A DNA stretch of 64,000 bases. Source: Paragordius varius (taxonomy: Eukaryota > Animalia > Nematomorpha). Location of the stretch: positions 1,426,001-1,490,000 of the forward strand of contig OZ176053.1 of assembly GCA_964247055.1 (NCBI GenBank), given 5' to 3'. The stretch's first letter is position 1, and each line of letters begins with the position of its first letter. The position numbers and the translations under genes were made by a program. A model generated the notes under the pieces. The model did no database searches. It saw nothing but the letters and a program-made list of their open reading frames with translations, and was not told the DNA's origin. Positions 39,301 to 51,300 of this stretch are shown in pieces.

Positions 39301-42300
39301 TGATCATTAAAATTATAAAAACCGTCTTGCATATGGTATGGTGAATACGCTTGATCCATAACATAATTTGAATCTATGGTGGAGAACGTAAGAAAGATTA
39401 AAAAATAAATAAAAAGTAATCCGATATATATAAAAACAGTGGGAAGTTAAAAACGCTTATAAATTTGAATATTATTTGCCGTTAGATAAAAATTCTTTTA
39501 TCAAAAATCGTTCCGATCGCAATTTAAATAAAAATTTAGGAGGCGGTTATCAAATGATTATTTTTTTGAATAAATGTTTTTTAACCACATAAGTTCAAAA
39601 TTGACTTTAAGTAATTTATATCTTAATAATAAATATGGTTGACCGTTTTATAGGCAATACTCTAAAGCTAAAATAATGGTTGATTCCCAAACTCTGACTC
39701 CTATATAAATGAAATAAATTCAACTTTGAAAATTTGTACCTTGTTGTGCTGGCGTCAACACATTAGTATCGGGCGTTATGACCTGATCACTCCTTCTACG
39801 TATGTAATTGGCTTCATATATATCATCATCACTATCATCAATCCAATCTTGGTTTCTGCTGCCTTCGGGATAATACGCCATCTCTGGCTGGCCCAGGTCA
39901 GCTGTATTTGCCGCCGCAGTCATTAAAGGATTCGTACCTAGGGCATTACAAACGCAGGAGAGACAATTTCGTTGCAGAGCGTTTCCAAAGAACCCTGGAA
40001 CACATTGTTCACAATTGAAACCACGAGTGTGATAAGCACACTTGAGGCATTCACCCGTTTCAGCATGGCAAATGCCGGACAGCTGATTGGGCAAAACATT
40101 TCCGTTACATTGACAGGGTTGGCATGTGCCCCCGGGGACAAGTGGGCGTCCAAAGAAGTTATCGGCACATTTTTCACACTGTTTGCCTGGGATGAGGGAT
40201 ATAATTATATAATTTATGTTTCAAAAATTAAATAAAAATGGTTTTTATATTTTCCCCTAAGAAAACAGACTTTGCGAATGGATATATAATTATATTGAAA
40301 CAGCTTTTTCTGTTATATATTTATTTTGCCCTTTAAATTTTTTGTAACAGAGATACAAAACAATGTTCATTTTTTTGCGGCATTCAATCTATTTTAATCC
40401 CAAAATGGACGCTATTTCATATCTTTATATTTAAATTTTTTTTGAAAATAAATCAATTGATCATTTTCAATGATAAAAGCAATGTACCAACATATCCTGG
40501 TTTACATCGACAAACCATATCACGCGTAGATGGATCCAAATAGCACGAGGCGGCAAATTGGTTACGAGACCGCCCGCCTGGGCAATTACACGGTCGGCAA
40601 GGGATATTAACTTCGATTCGGGGATCCCCGTAAAAGTATGGGGCACAACTACATTCATGTGTGAATATAAAATAATTTAAAAATAGTTAAATGATTATTT
40701 CATAATTAAATTAGCTTGCGTAATACTATTTTTAAACTGATTAGAAACGCGGTTCACAACTACATTTACATTTGTGAATATAAAATAATTACTTTATAAT
40801 TGACTTAGCTTGTGCTAAAAAAGTACTATTTTTAAACTGATTAGAAACGCGGTTCACAGCTACATTCATGTGTGAATATTCAATAATTAAATGATTACTT
40901 TATAATTGACTTAGCTTATGTTAAAGAAGTATTAAACTGATTAGAAACGCGGTTTACAACTACATTTATGTGTGAATATTCAATATTTTTTTAAATTATT
41001 AAATAATTGAATTGACTTAGCTTGTGTTAAAAAAGTACTATTTTTAAACTGATTAGAAACGTGGTTCACAACTACATTTATGCGTGAATATTAAAAAATT
41101 TATTTAATAATTAAATAATTACTTTATAATTGATTTTGCTTGTGTTAAATTTTTTTATAAAACTGATTAGAAACGCGGTTTACAACTACATTTATATGGG
41201 AGTAAATAATTTATAAATTAATTAAATGATTACGTTATAATTGACTTAGCTTGTGTTAAAGAACTATTTTTAAACTGATTGAAAACGCTGTTCACAACTA
41301 CATTTATGCGTGAATATTCAATAATTTTTAAATTATTAAATAATTACTTTATAATTAAACTTAGCTTTTTACTATTATAAAACTGATTAGAAACGTGGTT
41401 CACAACTACATTTGTATGTGAATATTCAATAATTTATAAAGATTAAATAATTGACTTAGCTTGTGTTAAAGAAGTACTTTTATTACATTGATTAGAAACG
41501 CGGTTCAGTTACCACAGAATTTTATAATATCTCGAAATTTCCTTTAAAATTAGACTTGAGGCTATTTATTATATCACCACTAAAAACATTACAATTTAAT
41601 TAAAATTTTGAATTTTTAATTTAAAAGAGGCTGCTAAATATTTATATCAGTAAAGAGTTAAAAACTTTTATCTAACTAATTTTATATTTAGTCCTAGAAA
41701 AATACTATATATATAAAATAAGAAAATTATACGTTTCACAGTTGGGTCCATCCGTGTTATCGCGACAACCACCTAGAGCAAGAACTGAGCAGTCTCCGGT
41801 TAAAGCATCACATCTATCAGCATGTCCGTTACCTTTTATTTAATAAAAAATTAAATTATAAATTACTATTTGGATCTTAAAATTTATTTTTAATGGCAAA
41901 ATTTTATATAGAAACAATATTAGAATCTAATCATAAAGACCTTATAATAAATTTGGGAAAAGATATTAACTAAATATATGCAAGCGTGATAAATCCATAA
42001 AATTATATTTTTTTCAGAAGAGCAGAGAATCAAATTTTACTTATACCGGATTATTGAAACAGTGAAAAGCAATAATTATGGTTTAAATTTACGAAAAAAA
42101 TATATATTTTTCCTGTACACACCAATTTTAAACCAATATTAACGCTCTTTACCGTATGAATGATATCTGGCAATAGTTAATAAAAAAATAGCAAGTATTT
42201 TTATTTTTAACGTAATTATTATAACTTTTTAAAAGAAAAGGAGCTAAAATTTACATTGACAGGGGATGCAACTAGGGAAATTCCACGTTCCAGGTTGACA

Positions 42301-45300
42301 AAAATCACAGGCCTGTCCAATAACACCAGGTATGCATTTACATTGTCCGGTTTGTCGATCACACACAGTATCTAAACTGCCTCGTCCATCACAATTGCAT
42401 GCTGATTGAAGAATGATAAAATAAAAAATTACTTTATTTGGGTCATTAAAGATTAATTGAGAAAAAACAAATATAAAACAAGTCGTATGTGAATTAATAC
42501 AAAAATATTGTCATGCATCCTTTATTTTATAAAAAATATTTTTTTTTCGTTAAATGAGTATAAATATTTAGTAAAGAATGGAAAAAAACAAGAGGTCTAT
42601 GGTAATTTATATACTTTTTAATCAATATGATATTATCGATACCATAGACATTTGTTTTTTCCATTCTTTACCAAATATTTATATTCATTTAACGAAAAAA
42701 ATAAATATTTGATAGAATAAAGGATTGACTGTATATGAAAAGAATCGTAAATATTTAATATTAAATATCATAAGAGTTATTTAAATATATTTTTTACTAG
42801 AATTATTCTTTCGTATTTTTTGCCTGTTTTATGTAATTAAGACAAATGGTATTTAAAAATGGAACTATAAATTTATTACCTTACTAACTACACTATGTAT
42901 AAATGCAAATTATTAAAACTGAAAATAAAATAAAATCTTACCTTTACAGCCAGAAGGCCCAAAACCATATGTTCCAGGGGCGCATTTATCACAACGTCTC
43001 CCTATTACACCTGGTTTACATTGGCAAGCCCCGCCCTCAACTCGACATTCTAAACTGAGGGAACCGGTCGGATCACAATCACAAACTGATCAAATAAAAT
43101 TAGTTTTAAAATATATATAATATTTTAATTAAAATCATTACTAGTTTACAATTTAAAATAAATGCTAAAAGTGTTGCTCTTACTAATTATCAATTCTTCG
43201 CAAGGGTATATTGAGTTTTAAACAAATTCTGGATGATAATTGTTTTAATGGTTGTTTATTAAAAAAAGTTATAAATATATTTAATAATGTATATTTAATA
43301 TTTGAGAACGCATAAAAGGATATATGTTTTAAAGGTAAAAACAAAAAAAATATCAACTAAATAAAAAAATATAATCATATCTTGGGGTTAAAACAGTTTC
43401 TAAATATTTGTTTGTCACTTTAACGAAATTAAAAAATATGAAAAAGCACAAAAATAAGTGAATCATTTTAGTTTTAGTAAATAGTTTACCCATAGGTCGA
43501 CTATACATAGAGAGGGCTAGTGTGCAACGATACTTTTTACACGGTTCGGGTTGATGTTTATCCCTAACTGCTGGGTCCGCTATCGTAATGTAGGCATCAC
43601 GACACCTAAAAGCCTCATAATCGCGCCTTAAAGCCTGAAGTCCGGGAGCGAAATCAAAAGCAACGCTAGAAAACTGATTATAATTGGCATTATTCCCATT
43701 ATTATTGTTGGCAGCATAAACGACGTCATTATTAAAGTTTTGTCCATAACTGAAAGCTAGGTAATTTGAATTCACATCTAAAAAATTAGGATTTAAAGAA
43801 GTTTTATTTGGTGCAATAAAATCACTAATGTGTAAATAGTAATTTATTGTGAAATTATTTTTATGGAATATAGCTTTTGTAAACCAATTAATCTAAAATT
43901 ACAATATCGATCAAAACAATAATTTATAATGTGAAACATCAAAAAACCAAACCTTTAAAACCAAAAATTCCCACATATGTCTTAAAACAATCTTACGATA
44001 TAGAAAATTAGAAACAATGTATTCATTTCAACAACAAAAACCGTATAAAAATTAAATATCAACATTTTAAAACCAACCAACCACACTATCAAAAACAAAA
44101 CATAAAACCTGTAGAATCGTTCAAATTGTTTGCTTTTCTTGCTGATGCACTACTAAACATAGTTGAACCCGAAAAGAGAGGGATAGATTCTAGCATTGGG
44201 ACAAATGCAATAGAATCTATCAGGACATAAGCTTGTGGGGTAGGCTCACGTCCATAATGGGTAAAATCAAGCGTAAACGTATATGCCTGTGGTCCTCCCC
44301 CACTCAAGCAATAAGGCAACGCCACAACAGAATATTTAACGGAGTTCCTTAAATAACCGACTTGAACAAGGGGTTGAGAAAATTTAGCGCACGCGGAATT
44401 AGTATCGGAGGAGGGCGTTCCACGGGAGGATTGTTGGTGGTGGTTTTGCGTGCCATAATGATAAGTGGATGATGGCGATTTATTATAGTTTTCTTCCATA
44501 GTTATAATGACCTGAGAAATGAAGCATGCAAAAGTAGGGATTGTTTAAAGGTACTGATAAAAATAGTATATAGATAAATTTATATCATGTTACAAACACA
44601 ATTGTAGTAAACGATGAGTTTTTTTTATCTTTTATTGTATTGCTTGAATCATGTGAAAAATAGGTTTTTTGATAGACGGGAATAATATTAATCAAAAAGA
44701 ATAACCACAAAATATATTATAAAAGACGCTTATGAATATAAATCGAAATGTTATCAGAAAATTTATGGATATAAAATAAAAAATACGTAAAACCATAAAA
44801 AGAAAAAACCCTAAAAAAAATTATTTTAAAAAACCGAAAATTAAAAAAAAATTTTTATTTTTATACTTCTTGCCAATCACTATCCATCGGTAATTCATAA
44901 CGTATAACTAATTGATAAGTCATAGGCAGGGCCCTAATATTATTCACATGAAATTTAAGGGTACCCCCTTCTCTGACTCGAACGAAGCCATCGCCCGTCC
45001 ATGTTACAATGTTGGATAACAAAACCTCGTTTTCAGAATTTTCAGATTCATTATTAGGGCTAAATACGGAATTTGTATCATTAATGGCCTGTTGTTGTGC
45101 TTGTTTAAAAAGGGTATTTAGCGGTCGTTCACGTTGGATTATTGTGGTAAATTTCTATGAAAAAAAATGTCATAATTATAATTAAAAAAAGTTTTATTTC
45201 AAATAGAAAAAATTTAAGTTTTATATAACGTGTTTTTTTAAACTAAAATTTATCAATTCAAATTTAATCTTAACCGGAAGTAAATTAGAAAAATATATAA

Positions 45301-48300
45301 ATGATTTTTTGGATATCGCAAAAATAATAATCATTTCTTATTCCAACAAATCCCATAAAAGTACAATTATTTTGGTCAAAAAATTCAAAGTAAATCCTTT
45401 AGCAAAATAATCCAGAATTCAGTCGAAAATTCAAAATCAAAAACAAGGCTTACAAAATCCAACGTCTAACAATAAAACTCAAACGTTTCCCTAAATTGTC
45501 TCCAATAAATTTTAATTAGTGTCAAAAACATTATGAATAAACTTTAAAAAAGGGAAATCGCAATTTCCAATACATCTTTTGAATAAAAAGCTCCAAAATT
45601 TATTTATAATAAAAAAATCTCACGGGCTCCAACGCTTTAAGGGCAATGTCTTCACCCTCAAACGTTGCCTGGTCAAAAATAAACCTCAAACTTTTCTTGA
45701 TGTTAATACCGATAAATTTTAATGAATGTCCAACACATTATAAATAAAAAGTTAGAAATGAAATTCCCAATTTCCAAAAACTTTTGAGTTGTAGTAACCA
45801 AAAACTTTCAAAAAATCTATCTAAAAAAGCCATGATAAAATATAAAACTCAAAGGGTCCAATGTTTTAACAAACTTAGCTTCAAGCGTTGCCTGGTCAAA
45901 AAATAAATCTCAACTGCTTCTCAAAATTTTATTAAACGTACATTATGAAAAGTTCAAAATGGAAATCAAAAAACTTTTATCTTAATTTCCAAAAGATATC
46001 TAAAAAATTCAAAATTTAAAATCAAAACTCACATCATTCAACGTTTCCGGGGCAATATCCTCAGCCTCAAACGCTTTCTCCAAAATTACCGATATTCCAT
46101 GAATGTCCAACACATTATGAATAAAAAGTAAAAAATGGAAACCCCAATTCCCAATATCTTTTGACTTAGAGTAACCAAAAACTTTCAAAAATCTATAATA
46201 ACCAAAAGTCAAAATTCATAAGCAAAACAAAATTATTACAGGATCCAACATTTCAGGGGCAATATCCTCAGCTTCAAACGCTGTTCCCTAAACTGTCACC
46301 GATTAATTTGGGCTTATAAACCCCAATTTCCAATATCTTTTGTCTTAAAGTAACCAAAAACTTTCTAAAAATTAATAACCAAAAGTCGAAATTTAAAATC
46401 ACAAAATAAAACAAATCTTACAGCATCCAGCGTTTCAGAGTCAATGTTTTCCCCAAAATTATTACCGATAAAATTTAGTTTTCAACACAAAAAATAAAAG
46501 CCCCAATTCCCAATATCTTTTGACTTAGAGTAACCAAAAGCTTTCAAATATCAAAATCACAAAAGTAAAACAAAATTCTTACAGGATCTAGCGTTTCAGG
46601 GGCAATGTTTCCCCCAATATTATTACCGATCAGATTTAGTTTGCAACACATAAAAATGAAACCCCAATTTCCAATATCTTTTGACTTAGAGTAACCAAAA
46701 ACTTTCAAAAAATCTCTAAACAAAAATATGGCAAATTCTTACAGGATCTAACGTTTCAGGGACAATATCCTCGGCTTCAAACGTTGCCAGATCGAGTTCG
46801 GCACAATAAGTGCCAGGGGGTGAGGCATCACATCGTCGACCCCTGACACCCGCTTTACATGTACATTGACCAGCACGGCGGGCATCACAATGGGGTGATA
46901 GACTGCCCCCAATATCACAATCACACGCTTCACAGCCAGCCACGTTTTCACGCGATAGCCCATAGAAACCAGGCTAAAAATATTTATGATAACAGTTGTT
47001 AAAATCCGTAATATAACAACGATAAAGGATAATTAATTAGAATTAAATGAAAGTATATTTAGAAAAATTATAAACGATATGAGAAAACCCTTCGTCAATA
47101 GTAATCGCAGACTAGTTTGGCGCTTGTTAGCACTCATCGATATATTACGGATTTTAACAACTGTTATTACAAAACATAACCAATCCGTTATTTACCATTA
47201 AAAATATTTATGTCGGTAGATGTTAGACGAAAAATTGATTTTTTACCGAAGAGTAAATATACATTTTGTATTATGTTATATGTGATGAGATCTTTTGTCG
47301 AGACTATATCATGCATTTTTATAAAATTACATTATATTTCGCAAATTTAACTAAGGATTTACTTGTTAAATTTAATTCAAATTTTCCACATTACAGAGGT
47401 TTTATTATATGTGTGTACAGTAAAAATTTAAATTATATAAACGTAAAAATATAAAGACCAACCATATTTCGAATCATGATTATTAAAAAAAATAAATGAT
47501 TGATTTAAACTGCAAATAGAGATATAAATTGGTATTAAACAATATCAAATAACAATTTTACGATTGTATTTAAATAATTTTTGTATTATAGATTAAAAAA
47601 AGAATGGTTGTCTTTCGAAGAAAAATATTGTGTGTATATTTTTGCGTTTTGACCGTATAATTTCGATTTTCCCTATTTATATATATTTTTATAGAAAGTA
47701 TGTTATTTTTCGTAAATTTAAAAATTTATAATTGAAACTTAATATGGTTATAGTCGGTATAAAACAGTCAAAAAACTACAAATTGGTTATTAAAAAACAT
47801 AAATTTAGCACACACAAAAACATATAAAGTTGTTAACAATTCTTTTTTTTACCTTACAAACATCACAATTTTCTCCGGTAACGTGGGCCTTACATCGACA
47901 TTTACCCGTCTTTTTATCACAACCCAGATTGCCTTCCGTCCCAATGATTAAACATGAACATGCTGTTTTAAATAAATTGGAAATGATAGATATATATGTA
48001 TGGGTAAATTAAATTCATTAAAATATATATGATTTCTATATTTTAAACAAACTACGTAAATTACAGTATAAAGAATTATAATGATTAACCGACATATAAA
48101 GCGATAGCCCTGGTTTTCAAAGTTTTATTTATTTACCTATATTATTATGATTATATAATTTGTGTTATGTATATTAACATATCTAACGTATTTGGCAATC
48201 ATAAACAATAGGTTATCAAGAGAAAATCATGGTTTAAAAAAAATAAGGCCGCTTTTCTTTTTAAAAAGATTTCTTGTCTTTTACATTTTGTCTCTATAAT

Positions 48301-51300
48301 TTAAATTTTTACTGTATGATTATGCCAAAAAATTTGCACCAAAATCGAAAAACGCTTATTTTTATAAATTTAAATCACAAATTTAAAGCCATTTTTTCCT
48401 TAATATATATATTTATATACCTTCACATCCTTCAGGGTTAGATGCATCCAAATTCCAATATCCATCTTTACACGTGTCGCAATTTTTGCCATGAACGTGT
48501 CTTTTACAATGACAAGCGCCAGGTTGAATGGTAGGATCAGTCAGGCTTGCACTATCACATTGGCCATCATTGAGGGAACCACGCTTATCACATTGACACT
48601 CTTGGAATAAGAAAATAATAATTTTTAACACACAATTTAATTGACCCTCAAAACAATTCATTCACCCTAAAAATAAATTATGTGTTTTCGGGCTAATATA
48701 ACTCATCATAATTAAGAAATATATTAATTTGGCATATATTATTTTTCAGCATTATATTAATTTTAAACAGAATTTCATATTTTAAAAATATTATAAAATA
48801 AATTAATCTTAAAAACACAAAATTTATTTTAGGGTGAATGAATTGTTCAAGGCTGAATTTGAACTCTAAATGGTATATTTAAAAAAATAAAAAAGAATGG
48901 AGAAAAATATATTATATCTTTTCCTAAGTAATCGGCATTATATTTTTATGAATTTAAATAATTAGATCTTGGTAACTGTCAAGATAAAAGAGAAAACTAT
49001 AATAAAACCTTAATATATATTTTCATAATGATTCAAAAATAGTTTTTTTCCCATTATTCAATTAAATTATTAAAATATCTAATAATTATTACCGACATTT
49101 AAAATCTTTCGTACATGTCCACAGATCCTTCATCAAAAATTTGTATATTTTAGTTTTTAACTTTTATAACTCACTTCAAAATTTACCTGAAAATATAAAA
49201 ATTTTCAAAAAAATAACCCACACTACCCCAATGAATAAAATAAAAAATCAAAATTTTAAATCAAAATTTTCATACCCGCACATATGGCAGTGTGGTTTAG
49301 AGGTAAGCCAGGGACCCTGTAAAAACCAGGTTTGCATTGTTCACAAGCCCGCCCTTGGGTATTATGTGTGCAATCATCACAAACGCCACCACTAACGTTA
49401 CCACTCAAACCAAATATCACAGGGTCGAAATGACACCTCGTGGCATGTTCATTACATTGACATCCTAATATGATAGAAAAATAAAAATGTTTATAATTTA
49501 TCTTTCAATTAATTTTCTATTTAATTTTCGATTATCATTATAATACGGATTTTACAACTGTTATTACGAAAAATAACAATGTTTATTAAAATTTTTATTA
49601 AAAAATATATACGAAGGCGGATAATAACTAAAAAATAAAAAAATTCTATCCATTCAGACTAAAGTAAACGGGTAAATTTATTTTTTTAACCCTTAAAAGT
49701 TTTTTATCAAATAGTCCTTTTTTGTTATTAATAAATTTTTTATGGTTATTACTCATTTTTTTCAACTGCACACATGTGCTCATTATAAAATATTTGTTTA
49801 TTGAAAATTTTGCTATGTCAATGCAACATTTCAAATAGAATTAATTTTAACAATTTCCAATGCATTTTATAAAAAAAAGTAATTAGCTTAAATGAAACAA
49901 AATTATTAAATAATCAACATACTTTTACAAGCATTAGTTCGTTTTCCATGAGCCGGTCTCCAGGGTACATCATTGTAAAAATCTTCACATTGTTCACAAT
50001 TAAGTCCTTTAGTGTGATGATTACATTCACACCGGCCATATACCTAAATATTTAATTGTTTTAACTACATTAATTTGTTTCGAAGAAATGTACCAAAATT
50101 TTGTATAGAAAATGTAAATAATATAAATAATATTGTTTCCATCAAACATTTTGATTCATAATGGCAAAAATCATCATATGTTATTAGTCTAAGTATACCA
50201 TATTTTCTACAAAAAGACCAACTTAGTTAGCAAATATTTTTTAGTCATTTTTATTATATTTTTTTAATATTTAAAATCAATCAAATATAATTATTGTTTG
50301 AAGATGTTCAGAAACTCTTATCAAAACCTCATTTCAAACTAATTATTTAATGATCCTTCCTAAAAACATAATGCATTCCAAATAATTTTCGTGTATGAGT
50401 AAATAATGTACCATATTAGGGACTCTGGCTTGACCAGGTAAGGGGATACATCTACTAGCATGGCCATAACATGAACAAGAACCACGAACCACCATTTCAA
50501 GCAGGGCGTAATAATACTTTTCCCGGACCTCTTCACGATTATCGAGCAAATTGTCACCAAGCGTATGTAGCTTTGTAAAATTTATCCGTAAATTTGTCAT
50601 CTTAAGTAATTGTTGGACATCCCGATCGTATGGGTTTGTTAATTCAATGTAGGGTGGACGGGCTCGGTGTATGACCTAATATACATACACATATTTATTT
50701 TTTTGATATATAATACGCTAAAAAGTTAAAGTAATTAATTTAAGCATGAGTATTTTTCCTTAAAGTATTACTGTATAATTTATAATTGATAAAATATGAT
50801 AATGAAATAAAAACTGGAGTTATGATAATAATAATCGGCAATATTTTTATAAAAACTTTTCAAAGAAAATTATGTACATAAATCTAAGCATTGTTTAAAA
50901 AGTGTCACAAACTCTAATCCATTACTTTCCATTGATACATAATAATATTTTTAGCCAAATTTGTCAAAAATAGTCATGCGAAAATCATATTTTTCATCAT
51001 CAATGATATGCATTTTCAGTTTCAAATTCACAATATTTAACCATTTTATTTAAAATCTTAAAGGCCAATTAACGAATTGTCATTTGCTCAATTAGAGTAT
51101 CCACTTTATTATTGTCAGTAATACGGTACCGTAATAGATAAAGCATATTTTGTCCATAACGAATATACAAATAGAATGTTGCAAGATAAGGTAAAATTGT
51201 TTAATTACACCCATTTGTTGCTTTTTAATCAACGTTACTGTAATACCGATTGACCAAAAATAATTGAGCACAAAATATAGTGGATTAAATAAAAGATAAT

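Noticed and set aside
38898-39359. Stand-alone nested gene in a laminin intron
   Set aside because: It has phase-compatible splice sites and supplies the third Cys of an LE repeat, so it is a laminin exon.
31781-40235. Plus-strand ORFs over laminin exons (31781, 32995, 33038, 34149, 34159, 36206, 37181, 38155, 39726, 39972)
   Set aside because: They largely overlap laminin coding exons and are explained as antisense shadows.
40649-41510. CRISPR-like regular array
   Set aside because: Whole units are mutually similar with no unique spacers, the context is a eukaryotic intron, and no cas genes are present.
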